In this document: in pieces, positions 10,795 to 22,018 of the stretch
Numbering within the stretch: position 1 is the stretch's first letter
Layout of the letters: each line of letters opens with the position of its first letter
Source: Gammaproteobacteria bacterium
GTDB taxonomy: Bacteria > Pseudomonadota > Gammaproteobacteria > Eutrophobiales > Eutrophobiaceae
DNA length: 64,000 nt
Direction: 5' to 3'
NCBI GenBank assembly: GCA_965220815.1
Contig: OZ244846.1
Location: 2,244,353 to 2,308,352, forward strand
Program-made: the position numbers and the translations under genes
Notes under the pieces: model-generated
Seen by the model: only the letters and a program-made list of their open reading frames with translations
Told to the model about the DNA's origin: nothing
The model's database searches: none

Positions 10795-12220
10795 CTACGG
10801 TCAATTCGTCAATCCTGATTGTCGGCTGTCCCACCCCGACGGGGACCGACTGGCCGTCTTTTCCGCATACGCCGATGCCGCTATCGAGTTGCATGTCGTT
10901 CCCGGCCATGGACACGCGGGTCAATACGTCCGGCCCGTTGCCGATCAGCGTCGCGCCCTTGACGGGAGCGGTCAGCTTGCCGTTTTCGATGAGCCGGGCC
11001 TGGCTGGCGCTGAATACGAACTTGCCGTTGGTGATATCCACCTGCCCGCCGCCGAACTGGGAGGCATACACCCCTTTCTGTACCGACCCGATTATTTCTT
11101 CAGGGTCATGCTCTCCTCCCAGCATGTAGGTATTGGTCATTCTCGGCATGGGCAGGTGGGCGTATGATTCCCGCCGCCCGTTACCGGTGGGCTTCATGCC
11201 CATCAACCCGGCATTCAGCTTGTCCTGCATGTAGGCTTTGAGGATGCCCCTCTCAATCAGGGTGGTGGATTCCGTGGGCGTGCCCTCATCGTCGACGGTC
11301 AGTGAGCCGCGCCGGTTCTCGATGGTTCCGTCATCGACCACGGTAACGCTCTCGGCGGCGACCCGCTGGCCTATCCGGTTACTGAAAGCGGATGTGCCCT
11401 TGCGATTGAAATCGCCTTCCAGTCCATGCCCTATGGCCTCGTGCAACAGGATACCCGGCCAGCCCGGTCCCAGCACCACCGTCATGGCGCCCGCCGGCGC
11501 CGGCACTGCCTCCAGGTTGTTGAGCGCCTGGGTCACGGCATCGTCGATGTAGCCGGAGACGATTTCGTCCTTAAGGAAGTATTCATAACCGAAGCGTCCG
11601 CCGCCACCGGCGCCGCCTTTTTCCAGCCTGCCGTTATGCTCGACGATGACGTTGACGTTGAGCCTGACCAGCGGCCTGATATCTCCGCAATATACGCCGT
11701 CGCTGCCGGCGACCAGCACTGCGGAATAAGCGGCGCTCAGGCCGGCGATAACCTGTTTTACCCTGGAGTCCCTGCTGCGGGTTTCCGCATCGATCCGTTG
11801 CAGCAAGGCGATCTTGTCGCCTGAGGATATCGAGTCGAGCGGGTTGTTGCCGGTATATAGCGGAGCGATATTGCGGTTTTGCCAGGCCTGCAACGTGTGT
11901 GTGCCGCCGCTGCGGGCGATTGCCCGCGCTGCCTTCGCCGCATCGGTCAGTGCCGGCAGGATAATCTCATCCGAATAGGCAAAGCCGCTCTTGTCGCCGC
12001 TGACGGCCCTGACTCCCACCCCCTGGTCTATGCTGTGGGCGCCTTCCCGGATGATGCCCTCTTCCAGCACCCACGACTCGGCCTGGGAATATTCAAAATA
12101 CAGGTCGGCGTAATCGATGTCATTGACGATCATCTGATCCAGGGTTTTTTCGATATCCCGGCGCTCAATTCCGGTCGGGTTGAGCAGTTGCCGGGAGGCT
12201 TTTTCAAGTTGTTGGCTCAT
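10778..12220 (-). CDS. tldD: Metalloprotease TldD
   Basis: Near full-length collinear similarity to E. coli TldD (…[11 protein letters not shown]…, [13 protein letters not shown]…, …[14 protein letters not shown]). Start taken at MSQQLEKAS. Confidence 0.9.
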   Translation of the reverse strand: MSQQLEKASRQLLNPTGIERRDIEKTLDQMIVNDIDYADLYFEYSQAESWVLEEGIIREGAHSIDQGVGVRAVSGDKSGFAYSDEIILPALTDAAKAARAIARSGGTHTLQAWQNRNIAPLYTGNNPLDSISSGDKIALLQRIDAETRSRDSRVKQVIAGLSAAYSAVLVAGSDGVYCGDIRPLVRLNVNVIVEHNGRLEKGGAGGGGRFGYEYFLKDEIVSGYIDDAVTQALNNLEAVPAPAGAMTVVLGPGWPGILLHEAIGHGLEGDFNRKGTSAFSNRIGQRVAAESVTVVDDGTIENRRGSLTVDDEGTPTESTTLIERGILKAYMQDKLNAGLMGMKPTGNGRRESYAHLPMPRMTNTYMLGGEHDPEEIIGSVQKGVYASQFGGGQVDITNGKFVFSASQARLIENGKLTAPVKGATLIGNGPDVLTRVSMAGNDMQLDSGIGVCGKDGQSVPVGVGQPTIRIDELTVGGTFT

Positions 12221-13029
12221 AATACCCTGTGCTCCAGCGCCGGAAACGACTGTCTGAGTTCCTGCACCCTGGAGAGGTCGATGTCGGCGCAGGCAACGCC
12301 CGGCCCTTCCTCCAGGCTGCACAGGATGTCACCCCATGGATCGATGATCATGCTGTGACCCCAGGTGCGCCGGGTCTCCGTATTCTGGCCGCCCTGGTTG
12401 GATGCAATGACATAACAGAGGTTTTCCACCGCCCTGGCCCGTAAAAACAGCTCCCAGTGGCGTTTCCCGGTGGCATAGGTAAATGCGGACGGCACTGTAA
12501 TGATCTCCGCCTGCTGCCTGGACAGTGCGCGATACAGTTCGGGAAACCGCAGGTCGTAACATACGGTCATGCCGATCCTGCCCAGCGGCGTTTCCGCCAC
12601 CACCGTGTCGCGGCCCGGGACGATGGTGTCGGATTCATTGTAAACCTCTTTTTCCTCGTCCCCCACCTGTACGTCGAACAGGTGCATCTTGTCGTAGCGA
12701 TGGGTGCGGACACCGTCCGGGTTATACAGCAGGCAGGTATTGTACACACGGTCTGCTTCACCGCTTTGCAAAGAAAAAGTGCCCGCCATCAGCCAGAGCC
12801 GGTTATCCCTGGCCTGGGCGGCAAGGAATTCCTGGATGGGGCCTTTCCCCGGCGCTTCCCCGATGCCGATTTTTGCCGTTTCATCGTCACTGATAATGGG
12901 AAAATATTCCGGCAACAGGGCAAACCCGGCGCCCCGGTCAGCCGCTTCCCGGACCAGGTCGGCAGCCTGCGCCAGGTTGGCGTCCAGGTTATCCGTGGAA
13001 ACCATCTGGATTGTTGCGACTCTCGACAT
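12217..13029 (-). CDS. Carbon-nitrogen hydrolase family protein (nitrilase superfamily), conserved tldD neighbour
   Basis: Conserved Glu/Lys/Cys segments (LLPEYF…, …RYDKMHLF…, …[12 protein letters not shown]). Start at the internal ATG ([10 protein letters not shown]). Confidence 0.8.
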   Translation of the reverse strand: MSRVATIQMVSTDNLDANLAQAADLVREAADRGAGFALLPEYFPIISDDETAKIGIGEAPGKGPIQEFLAAQARDNRLWLMAGTFSLQSGEADRVYNTCLLYNPDGVRTHRYDKMHLFDVQVGDEEKEVYNESDTIVPGRDTVVAETPLGRIGMTVCYDLRFPELYRALSRQQAEIITVPSAFTYATGKRHWELFLRARAVENLCYVIASNQGGQNTETRRTWGHSMIIDPWGDILCSLEEGPGVACADIDLSRVQELRQSFPALEHRVL

Positions 13030-13201
13030 GGCCCAAGTATACGTGAAACCCGGGGATGTTTCAGGGGACAGGTTGTAAATCCGCCCCGTCCGTCCTGTAT
13101 ACATGTAAAATATCCGGTTACGGCCCGGAACGGTTTTATGACCTGTTTCCGGCATCACTACAGGCGCTGTGGCAACAGGCAATCATTGCGGAGTGAGAAC
13201 A

Positions 13202-14950
13202 ATGCACATACACGATACATCCAGCCCGGCAGAAATACGCTACGAACCCGACGAGCGATCTCCATTTCCTCTCAACCTCGGCCTGGGAATCCAGGCGGCC
13301 CTGCTGGTCTTTCCGACGGTGGTGCTGGTGCCGGTCATTATAATCCGGGCAGCCGGCCTGGACGCGCAGTACCTGTCCTGGTCGATCTTCGCCGCGTTAC
13401 TGGTTTGTGGGCTCATAACGGTAATACAATCCTTTCGAACGGGATTCATCGGGGCCGGCCACGTGCTCATTTCCACCAGCGCAGCCACCTCCATCGCGGT
13501 CTGCATCATGGCGCTGTCCGCAGGAGGGGTTGCGCTCATGATGAACCTGGTCATCGTGTCGGCGCTGTTCCAGTTGCTGCTGTCATCGAAGCTGTCATGG
13601 TTGCGCCGCGTGATTACGCCGACGGTATCCGGCATGGTGCTGATGCTGATCGCGTTTGCCGTCATGCCCGTCGCTTTCGACATGCTGACCCACGCGCCCG
13701 CAGACGCACCTCCCATGGCTGCGCCGGGTATCGCGGCAGTCACCCTGCTTGTGCTGGTGGCGCTGGTATTCGGCGCAAGAGGCGTGCTGGGTCTCTGGGC
13801 GCCGGTTATCGCGCTGGTTGCAGGCTGTGCGGCCGCCGCGTATTTCGGCATGTACCAGGGCGGCCTGGTGCTGGATGCCCCCTGGGTGGACGTTCCCGCG
13901 GCCGGGAGGCCGCGCTTCAGCCTGAATCTCGGCGCTGATTTCTGGATACTGTTGCCGGCATTCCTGTTCGTCTCCCTGGCCAACACCATGGGGGACATCA
14001 ATGCCGGGGTCGCGGTTCAACGGGCATCCCGGCGCAGCCCCCATTCCGTCGATTTCCGCGCGGTGCAGGAAGGACTGACGGCGAACGGCCTGGGCGACCT
14101 CCTTGCCGGCCTCACCGGTACAATACCGATAAAGAGCGATCCGGCAGGCAATTCCTTTATCCGGCATACCGGAGTGGCTGCCCGCAGGCTGGGGGTATGC
14201 ATCGGGTTAATCCTGTTGATACTGGCATTCCTGCCCAAGCTTACGGCAGTCCTGCTGGCCATCCCCGGACCCGTCATCGCGGCTTACCTGGCCGTGTCAA
14301 TGGCGCTGGTTTTCGTCCAGGGTATGAAAATGGTAGTCCAGGACGGCATCGACTACCGCAAGGCGGCGGTGATCGGCCTGGCATTCTGGCTTGGGGTGGG
14401 TTTTCACAACCAGGCTGTTTTTGCAGATATGCTGGGTAAGACATGGGGCAGCTTGCTGGGTAACGGCATGACCGTCGGCGGCCTGGTCGTTATCCTGTTG
14501 ACGATAATCATGGAACGGACCGGCCCGCGCCGTTATAGTAAATTGACTGCGCTCGACCCCAGGGTACTGCCCAGGCTGGAAGATTTCCTGCGCCAGCAGG
14601 CGCTGCGCCTTGGCTGGGGCGAAGCTGCAATCGAGCGCCTGTTCCTGATTGGCGAAGAGACCTTGTTGTGTCTCTCGGAGGGGCATGATGAAGCAGCCAC
14701 AGGCGAGTTGAGGAGTCTGCTGGTAACGGTCACCAATGACGGTCCGGTGATGGAAGTGGAGTTTGTCTCGGCTATCGGTGAGGAGAACCTGGAAGACCAG
14801 ATGAGGTTGCTGGGAGACCATGCCGAGGCGCGGGACGGGCATGAAATCTCGCTCCGTATATTGCAACACTTCGCATCCTCCGTGCGCCACCAGCAGTATC
14901 ACGGCATGGACGTGGTAACGGTGCGCGTCAGTGAAAGCGACAACGAATAA
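13202..14950 (+). CDS. NCS2-family nucleobase:cation symporter-like permease with a ~150-aa cytoplasmic C-terminal domain
   Basis: Multi-TM core with NCS2-like motifs (LGLGIQAALLVFPTVVLVPVII). The C-terminal soluble domain is of unknown family. Confidence 0.55.
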   Translation: MHIHDTSSPAEIRYEPDERSPFPLNLGLGIQAALLVFPTVVLVPVIIIRAAGLDAQYLSWSIFAALLVCGLITVIQSFRTGFIGAGHVLISTSAATSIAVCIMALSAGGVALMMNLVIVSALFQLLLSSKLSWLRRVITPTVSGMVLMLIAFAVMPVAFDMLTHAPADAPPMAAPGIAAVTLLVLVALVFGARGVLGLWAPVIALVAGCAAAAYFGMYQGGLVLDAPWVDVPAAGRPRFSLNLGADFWILLPAFLFVSLANTMGDINAGVAVQRASRRSPHSVDFRAVQEGLTANGLGDLLAGLTGTIPIKSDPAGNSFIRHTGVAARRLGVCIGLILLILAFLPKLTAVLLAIPGPVIAAYLAVSMALVFVQGMKMVVQDGIDYRKAAVIGLAFWLGVGFHNQAVFADMLGKTWGSLLGNGMTVGGLVVILLTIIMERTGPRRYSKLTALDPRVLPRLEDFLRQQALRLGWGEAAIERLFLIGEETLLCLSEGHDEAATGELRSLLVTVTNDGPVMEVEFVSAIGEENLEDQMRLLGDHAEARDGHEISLRILQHFASSVRHQQYHGMDVVTVRVSESDNE

Positions 14951-14975
14951 CAGAAATACAGAGAGATACAGGACA

Positions 14976-16289
14976 ATGAAACCGATAAAAACAGGGTTGC
15001 TCGGCCTGGGCACGGTCGGCGGAGGCGTCGTCACGGTATTGACCCGGAACGCTCATGAGATCGCGCGCCGCGCCGGCAGGGAGGTGGTCATCAGTCACGC
15101 TGCGGCAAAGGAATACGACGCCGGCGCAATCCAGGGACTGGACCAGGTAGGGCGGATTACCGATGACGGATTTGCCGCGGTCGATGACCCGGAAGTGGAA
15201 ATCATCATCGAACTGATAGGCGGCTACTCCCCGGCAAAGGAAATGGTCCTGCGCGCCATCGACAACGGCAAACACGTAATTACCGCAAACAAGGCCATGA
15301 TTGCCGTACACGGCAATGAGATCTTCCGCGCCGCACAGGAAAAAGGCGTGATCGTAGCATTCGAGGCCGCAGTCGCCGGCGGGATTCCCATTATCAAGGC
15401 AATCCGTGAGGGCCTGGTCGCGAACCGTATTCAATGGGCTGCGGGCATAATCAACGGCACGGGAAACTTCATCCTTACCGAGATGCGCGACAAGGGCAGG
15501 GGCTTCACCGGAGTATTGAAGGAAGCCCAGGAACTGGGTTATGCGGAAGCTGACCCGACGTTCGACGTTGAGGGCATCGATGCCGCGCACAAGTTGACCA
15601 TCATGGGCTCCATAGCCTTCGGCATCCCGTTGCAGTTTGACCGAACCTACACGGAGGGTATAAGCAAAATCGAGCAGCAGGACGTTGTCTACGCCGATGA
15701 ACTGGGCTACCGGATTAAACATCTCGGCATTACCAGGCGTACCGATGCAGGTATCGAGTTGCGAGTCCACCCTACGCTGATACCCGCCAGGAGACTGATT
15801 GCCAACGTGGACGGGGTAATGAACGCGGTACTGGTACAGGGCGACGCAGTAGGACCCACCCTGTATTACGGGGCCGGCGCGGGATCGTTGCCGACCGCTT
15901 CCTCTGTTGTGGCAGACGTGATTGACGTGGTGCGCGCCCTGACCACCGATCCGGGGAACCGCGTGCCGCACCTGGCGTTTCAACCGGGCGCGCTGTCCGA
16001 CCTGCCGGTCCTGGACATGGAGGATATCCACACGGCATATTACCTGCGCATGCAGGCTGTCGATCAGCCCGGCGTAATGTCGTCGGTGACCACGATTCTG
16101 GGCGATCTCGGCATCAGCATCGAGGCGATAATCCAGAAGGAGCCTGAAGCGGGCGCCGGCCACGTGCCGGTGATCATGCTCACCCAGCGCGTGCAGGAGC
16201 GGAATATGAACAAGGCAATCAGGCAGATCGAGGCCCTGGATACGATTGCCGGAAACGTACACCGCATCCGGGTGGAAACCCTTGACTGA
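14976..16289 (+). CDS. hom: Homoserine dehydrogenase with C-terminal ACT domain
   Basis: N-terminal [15 protein letters not shown](P)-binding motif, catalytic core, and ACT domain at the C-terminus. ATG at 14976 lies just after the upstream stop. Confidence 0.9.
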   Translation: MKPIKTGLLGLGTVGGGVVTVLTRNAHEIARRAGREVVISHAAAKEYDAGAIQGLDQVGRITDDGFAAVDDPEVEIIIELIGGYSPAKEMVLRAIDNGKHVITANKAMIAVHGNEIFRAAQEKGVIVAFEAAVAGGIPIIKAIREGLVANRIQWAAGIINGTGNFILTEMRDKGRGFTGVLKEAQELGYAEADPTFDVEGIDAAHKLTIMGSIAFGIPLQFDRTYTEGISKIEQQDVVYADELGYRIKHLGITRRTDAGIELRVHPTLIPARRLIANVDGVMNAVLVQGDAVGPTLYYGAGAGSLPTASSVVADVIDVVRALTTDPGNRVPHLAFQPGALSDLPVLDMEDIHTAYYLRMQAVDQPGVMSSVTTILGDLGISIEAIIQKEPEAGAGHVPVIMLTQRVQERNMNKAIRQIEALDTIAGNVHRIRVETLD

Positions 16290-17394
16290 AGGCCTGATCG
16301 AACGTTACCGGGCGCGTCTGCCGGTTACGGACGATGCCCGCGTCATCACCCTGGGTGAGGGAAGCACTCCCTTGATCCGGCTGGAGAATATTCCTGAAGT
16401 CAATGACCGGGATATCGAACTGTACGTGAAATACGAGGGCCTGAACCCGACCGGTTCTTTCAAGGACCGGGGCATGACCATGGCCATCACCCGGGCAGTC
16501 AACGAGGGTTCGCAGGCGGTCCTGTGCGCGTCCACCGGCAATACTTCAGCTTCGGCGGCCGCCTACGCCGCCAGGGCCGGCATCGCTTGTTACGTACTGA
16601 TCCCGGACGGCAAGATCGCCATGGGAAAACTGGCCCAGGCCATGATCCACGGGGCCGTGGTCATCCAGGTACAGGGTAATTTCGATGACGGCATGCGGCT
16701 GGTGAAACAGATCGCCGCCGAAGCGCCCATCACCCTGGTGAACTCCGTCAACCCGTACCGCCTCCAGGGCCAGAAAACTGCGGCGTTCGAGATTGTGGAC
16801 GAACTGGGCGTTCCACCGGATTTCCATTGCCTGCCCGTAGGCAACGCCGGCAATATCTCCGCGTACTGGACCGGCTACAGCGAATATGCCGGTTTCCCCA
16901 CCCGTGCGTGCAACCATTGTGACGGGCAATGTCCCTGGCTGGCCGAACCGGTTGTCGACAAATTGCCGAGAATGCTTGGATACCAGGCTTCCGGGGCAGC
17001 GCCGTTCCTGCGCGGCAAGATGATCGAGCAACCCGAGACAGTTGCGAGCGCCATTCGTATCGGCCGCCCCCAGTCCTGGGAACTGGCCTGGGCGGCGAGC
17101 AGGGAATCGGAGGGCTGGTTCGATGAGTTCAATGATGAGGAGATCCTGAAGATACAGGCAATGCTGGCGGATAATGAAGGGATATTCTGTGAACCGGCTT
17201 CAGCCGTCTCCGTAGCCGGGGCCTTGCGCGATGTCGAATCCGGCAAAATACCCGAAGGCAGCACCGTGGTATGCACCCTTACCGGACACGGCCTGAAAGA
17301 CCCGGATATCGCCATGCGGCAAAGTACTGCACCGGTGCAAAAGGTCCCCGCCGAACTCGATGCCGTGAAACGGGTCATCCTTGCTGAACGCTGA
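16282..17394 (+). CDS. thrC: Threonine synthase
   Basis: PLP-lysine motif TGSFKDRG and full-length ThrC similarity. The track start 16246 is TTG. An in-frame TTG at 16282 ([14 protein letters not shown]…) is the more likely start, overlapping the hom stop. Confidence 0.85.
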   Translation: MTEGLIERYRARLPVTDDARVITLGEGSTPLIRLENIPEVNDRDIELYVKYEGLNPTGSFKDRGMTMAITRAVNEGSQAVLCASTGNTSASAAAYAARAGIACYVLIPDGKIAMGKLAQAMIHGAVVIQVQGNFDDGMRLVKQIAAEAPITLVNSVNPYRLQGQKTAAFEIVDELGVPPDFHCLPVGNAGNISAYWTGYSEYAGFPTRACNHCDGQCPWLAEPVVDKLPRMLGYQASGAAPFLRGKMIEQPETVASAIRIGRPQSWELAWAASRESEGWFDEFNDEEILKIQAMLADNEGIFCEPASAVSVAGALRDVESGKIPEGSTVVCTLTGHGLKDPDIAMRQSTAPVQKVPAELDAVKRVILAER

Positions 17395-19113
17395 ATGAAA
17401 ATCACCCGCCGCGACGTACATGCCGAGTGCGAACTGCCGGATTCCATGCATCCGGTCATGCGCCGGGTCTTTGCCGGCCGGAATATTTCGTCGCATCGGG
17501 AACTGGATTATTCGCTGACCAACCTGCTGCCGTTCGACAAACTGAAAAATTTTGACGCGGCGGCCGGATTGCTTATCGATGCCATCCGCAACAATAAAAA
17601 AATCCTGGTCGTCGCGGATTATGACGCAGACGGCGCAACGGCCTGCGCCGTGGCCTTGCGCGGGTTGTCCATACTGGGCGCCCGGCAGGTCGTCTACATG
17701 GTTCCGGACCGGGTAAAGCACGGGTATGGCCTGAGTATCGACGTGGCGCGCCAGGCCCTGGAGTTCGACCCCGACCTCCTGGTGACCGTGGACAACGGTA
17801 TTTCCAGTGTGGCCGGCGTCGATTTCGCCCGGCGCGCGGGAGTGGATGTCCTGGTTACGGATCATCATTTGCCGGGCAGGGAGCTTCCGGCCGCCACCGT
17901 CATCGTCAACCCGAACCAGCCCGGCGACCGGTTCCCGAGCAAGTGTATTGCCGGTGTAGGCGTCATGTTTTACGTGCTGCTGGCAGTCAGGGCCGGGTTG
18001 AAGCATGCAGGCTGGTTTACCGCGCAAGGCGTTGAGGCGCCGAACTTCGCGGCCTTGCTGGACCTGGTGGCGCTGGGCACTGTTGCCGACGTGGTGCAAC
18101 TGGACTACAACAACCGTATCCTGGTTTACCAGGGCCTGAGGCGTATCAGGGCGCGGCGCTGTTGCCAGGGCATCATGGCCCTGGTCCGGGCTGCCGGCAG
18201 GACGCCTGAGAAGATTACCGCCGCCGACCTCGGGTTTCAACTGGGTCCGAGGCTGAATGCGGCCGGTCGCATGGCCGACATGAGGCTGGGTATCGAATGC
18301 CTGCTCACGGACAATTTTTCCGGCGCCGTTGCCCTGGCGCTGCAACTGGATAAATTCAACAAGGAGAGAAAACAGCTGCAGGCCGAAATGCAGGAACAGG
18401 CCGAGGCGTACCTGCTCGATATAGCCGAACTGGAGCAGGGTGAGTTGCCCTTCGGCGTATGCCTGTTTGATGCGGGCTGGCGCCAGGGCATAGTCGGCGT
18501 GCTGGCCGGCAGGATAAAAGAGAGGGTCAACCGGCCGGTAATCGTATTTGCCCCGGCCGGTGAAGGTCTGCTCAAGGGGTCCGGACGTTCGATATCCGGG
18601 ATTCACCTGAAAGACGCACTGGAAGCGTTGGCGGCGAGACATCCCGACCTGGTGCAAAAGTTCGGAGGTCATGCAATGGCTGCCGGCCTGACCATCAGGG
18701 AAGCCGACCTGGCGCAATTCAGGACGGAATTTGACGGGGAAATCAGGAACCTGGCCGCCGGGCGCATACCGGGGGCCGAGCTCGTCACCGACGGGAACCT
18801 GGCGTCAGAAGAAATCAACCTGGAACTGGCCGGGGAAATTGAAAACGCCGGTCCCTGGGGACAGGGTTTCCCCGAACCCCTGTTCGACGATGTCTTCACC
18901 GTTGCCGATGCCCGGACCGTGGGAGAACGGCACCTGAAACTGAAGTTGCTTGCGGACGGCGCGCAACGGCCTGTTGAAGCGATCTCGTTCAATACGGATC
19001 CGGATGCCATAGACGCGTCCGCGCAAACCCATCGCTTTGTCTACCGCCTGGCTGTCAACGAATATAACGGAATGCGAACGCCGCAACTCATCGTAGAGCA
19101 TATACAAAAATAG
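17395..19113 (+). CDS. recJ: Single-stranded-DNA-specific exonuclease RecJ
   Basis: DHH motifs (VVADYDADGAT, VTDHH) and collinear similarity to E. coli RecJ. Conserved recJ-prfB-lysS synteny. Confidence 0.9.
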   Translation: MKITRRDVHAECELPDSMHPVMRRVFAGRNISSHRELDYSLTNLLPFDKLKNFDAAAGLLIDAIRNNKKILVVADYDADGATACAVALRGLSILGARQVVYMVPDRVKHGYGLSIDVARQALEFDPDLLVTVDNGISSVAGVDFARRAGVDVLVTDHHLPGRELPAATVIVNPNQPGDRFPSKCIAGVGVMFYVLLAVRAGLKHAGWFTAQGVEAPNFAALLDLVALGTVADVVQLDYNNRILVYQGLRRIRARRCCQGIMALVRAAGRTPEKITAADLGFQLGPRLNAAGRMADMRLGIECLLTDNFSGAVALALQLDKFNKERKQLQAEMQEQAEAYLLDIAELEQGELPFGVCLFDAGWRQGIVGVLAGRIKERVNRPVIVFAPAGEGLLKGSGRSISGIHLKDALEALAARHPDLVQKFGGHAMAAGLTIREADLAQFRTEFDGEIRNLAAGRIPGAELVTDGNLASEEINLELAGEIENAGPWGQGFPEPLFDDVFTVADARTVGERHLKLKLLADGAQRPVEAISFNTDPDAIDASAQTHRFVYRLAVNEYNGMRTPQLIVEHIQK

Positions 19114-19176
19114 ATCTGCTCCCTCTCGCCATTCCCGCGATGCCGGGTCAAGCCCGGCATGGCGAACCTGATTGCA

Positions 19177-19220
19177 GGGGTCAGAGTAAGAAATTCTGCA
19201 AGAATTTTTACTCTGACCCC
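19177..19220. repeat. REP family 1 copy (GGGGTCAGAGTAAGAAATTCTGCAAGAATTTTTACTCTGACCCC)
   Basis: 44-bp palindrome between recJ and prfB. First of five copies in the window. Confidence 0.8.
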
Positions 19221-19242
19221 AAATATCGTAAAATCTGACCTT

Positions 19243-20341
19243 ATGCTTGAACTCACGTCAATCACCGCCCGCATCAAAGACTGCCAGGGAAGAATCGAAT
19301 CCCTGAGGAGGTATCTTTGACTTCGATGTCAAGGTCAAACGCCTGAATGAAGTCAGGCGGGAACTTGAAAAACCGGATATCTGGAGTGAGCCCGAACGCG
19401 CCCAGGCGCTGGGCAAGGAACGGGCGCTGCTTGAAAAAACGGTCGGGGCGATAGAAGCCGTCAGTACGGGAATGGACGATGTCGAGTTGTTGTTCGATAT
19501 GGCGAAGCAGGAAAACGACGTCGAAGCCATGGAAGAAGTTGTTGCCGACCTTGACAAATTCACCGCACAGGTTGAGGAGATGGAATTTCGCCGCATGTTT
19601 TCCGGCGAGATGGACCCGAATCATGCTTTTCTCGATATCCAGTCAGGTTCCGGCGGCACCGAAGCACAGGATTGGGCGGAAATGCTGCTGCGCATGTACC
19701 TGCGCTGGGGCGAACAACGGGGGTTCGCTACCGAGTTGATCGAAGTATCGCCCGGGGAAGTGGCCGGTATAAAAAGCGCTACGGTCAGGTATGAAGGCGA
19801 CTACGCGTACGGCTGGCTACGCACCGAAACCGGGGTGCACAGGCTGGTGAGGAAGTCCCCGTTTGATTCCGGCAACCGGCGCCATACTTCGTTCGCCTCC
19901 GTGTTCGTTGCGCCGGAAATAGATGACAATATCGAGGTGGACATCGATACTTCCGACCTGCGCGTGGACACTTACCGGGCGAGCGGGGCGGGCGGGCAGC
20001 ACGTAAACAAGACGGATTCCGCGGTAAGGCTGACCCATATCCCCACGGGCACCGTCGTACAGTGCCAGAACGATCGTTCCCAGCACAAGAACCGGGACCA
20101 GGCAATGAAACAAATGCGCGCCAAACTATACGAACTGGAACTGCAGAAGCGCATGGCGGAACAAAAGGCGCTGGAGGAATCCAAGGTCGACATCGGCTGG
20201 GGCAACCAGATCCGCTCTTACGTGCTGGATCAGTCCAGGATCAAGGATTTGCGTACCGGCGTGGAGACCGGCAATACCCAGGCCGTCCTGGACGGCGACC
20301 TGGACCGGTTCATGGAGGCCAGCCTCAAGGCCGGGGTATAA
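19243..20341 (+). CDS. prfB: Peptide chain release factor 2, expressed through a programmed +1 ribosomal frameshift at 19315-19321 (CTT TGA C)
   Basis: ORF1 reads [25 protein letters not shown] then an in-frame TGA at 19318. An internal SD-like GAGGAGG lies 3 nt upstream of CTTTGAC. The +1 frame continues [12 protein letters not shown]… into the 289-aa body with SPF and GGQ motifs. The join is approximately 19243-19317 + 19319-20341. Confidence 0.9.
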
Positions 20342-20347
20342 TACCTT

Positions 20348-21832
20348 ATGACTAAAGACGACAACGAGATCATCAGGCAGCGGCGCGCGCAGCTGGAGGA
20401 ATTGCGCGCATCCGGCAACGCCTACCCCAACGACTTCAGGCGCAATATGCTGGCTGCCGACCTGCATGCCCGTTACGCTGATATGGACCGGGAAGAGTTG
20501 GAGGCAGAGGACGAAAAGTTCCATCTCGCGGGCAGGATGATGAGTCGCCGGGTCATGGGCAAGGTCGCGTTTGCCCATATCCTTGACATGTCCGGCCAGG
20601 TCCAGCTTTTCATCAGGCGTGATGCCTTGCCGGACGGGGACTATAGCGCATTCAGGAAATGGGATATCGGCGATATTATCGGCGTGACCGGCAGCATCTT
20701 CAGGACAAAAACCGGGGAACTCTCGATCCAGGCTGATTCCGTCACGCTGCTGGCCAAGTCCCTGCGACCCCTGCCGGAGAAGTTCCATGGCCTGTCCGAC
20801 CAGGAAACCCGCTACCGCCGCCGTTACCTGGATTTGATCACCAATGAAACCACCAGGCAGACATTCCAGGTCCGCAGTCGCGTGATCAACCTGGTCCGTG
20901 CTTACCTGGGCGGCAAGGGGTTTCTGGAAGTGGAAACGCCGATGATGCAGGCCATTCCCGGTGGCGCCGCGGCGCGGCCGTTTGTTACGCATCACAATTC
21001 CCTGGATATGGAACTGTACCTGCGCATCGCGCCGGAGTTATACCTGAAAAGGCTGGTCGTCGGCGGTTTTGAGAAAGTATTCGAAATCAACAGGAATTTT
21101 CGTAACGAAGGACTGTCGCTGCAGCACAATCCCGAATTTACCATGCTCGAGTTTTACTGGGCTTATGTCGGCTACGAGGACATGATGGCGCTGACTGAGG
21201 ACATGCTGCGTAACCTGGCGAAGGAAGTGAAAGGGGACAGCATCTTCGAATACCAGGGGGAAACCTGTGATTTCAGCAGGGACTTTCAGCGCATGAGTGT
21301 ACGGGAGGCCATTCTTGCCCATAACCCGGACATATCGGCGGGTGACCTGGAAGACCTTGACAGGCTGCGCGGCATAGCCGCCGGTCTGGGCGTGGAGGTA
21401 AAACAGGGTTACGGGATCGGTAAATTGCAGGTTGAATTATTTGAGAAAACCGTGGAGGCAAAACTCAGGCAACCCACGTTCATCACCGGTTATCCGATCG
21501 AAGTATCGCCCCTGTCCCGGCGTAATGATACTCAACCCGACCTGGCGGACCGGTTTGAGCTGTTTGTCGGCGGGCGCGAGATCGCCAACGGATTCTCCGA
21601 GTTGAACGACCCCGAAGATCAGGCCGGGCGATTTCGCCTGCAGGCCGAAGAGAAAGCCGCTGGTGACGAGGAGGCCATGCACTACGATGCCGACTACATC
21701 ACCGCCCTGGAATACGGTATGCCGCCCACCGCCGGGGAAGGTATCGGCATAGACCGGCTGGTCATGCTGCTGACGGATTCGGCATCCATTCGCGATGTAA
21801 TCCTGTTCCCCCAGCTACGCACAAAGGAATGA
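20348..21832 (+). CDS. lysS: Lysyl-tRNA synthetase (class II)
   Basis: OB-fold anticodon-binding N-terminus, class II motifs (…FRNEG…, …GGxGxGIDR). Immediately downstream of prfB as in other gammaproteobacteria. Confidence 0.9.
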   Translation: MTKDDNEIIRQRRAQLEELRASGNAYPNDFRRNMLAADLHARYADMDREELEAEDEKFHLAGRMMSRRVMGKVAFAHILDMSGQVQLFIRRDALPDGDYSAFRKWDIGDIIGVTGSIFRTKTGELSIQADSVTLLAKSLRPLPEKFHGLSDQETRYRRRYLDLITNETTRQTFQVRSRVINLVRAYLGGKGFLEVETPMMQAIPGGAAARPFVTHHNSLDMELYLRIAPELYLKRLVVGGFEKVFEINRNFRNEGLSLQHNPEFTMLEFYWAYVGYEDMMALTEDMLRNLAKEVKGDSIFEYQGETCDFSRDFQRMSVREAILAHNPDISAGDLEDLDRLRGIAAGLGVEVKQGYGIGKLQVELFEKTVEAKLRQPTFITGYPIEVSPLSRRNDTQPDLADRFELFVGGREIANGFSELNDPEDQAGRFRLQAEEKAAGDEEAMHYDADYITALEYGMPPTAGEGIGIDRLVMLLTDSASIRDVILFPQLRTKE

Positions 21833-21839
21833 GACAGGT

Positions 21840-21882
21840 GGGGTCAGAGTAAGAATTTCGCCAGAAATTTTACTCTGACCCC
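21840..21882. repeat. REP family 1 copy
   Basis: GGGGTCAGAGTAAGAATTTCGCCAGAAATTTTACTCTGACCCC directly after the lysS stop. Confidence 0.8.
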
Positions 21883-22018
21883 TTATTTCAAAGTGCAACT
21901 TTCCCATATATGGAAGGTCTATCATAGTGTTATACTGCAATTGTGAAGCAAAGCGCACCCGCGGCGCGCAGGACTTTCATAAACAGACATCATCAATCCA
22001 AGTCAGGAGGTATCACTC

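Noticed and set aside
12457-13938. 493-aa plus-strand ORF and many other 100-500-aa ORFs antisense to tldD, the carbon-nitrogen hydrolase, recJ (17200..18717 -), hom (14928..16262 -), aceE, paaZ, etc.
   Set aside because: These are typical high-GC antisense open frames with Arg/Pro/Gly-rich low-complexity translations and no start context. The opposite strand carries well-supported conserved genes.
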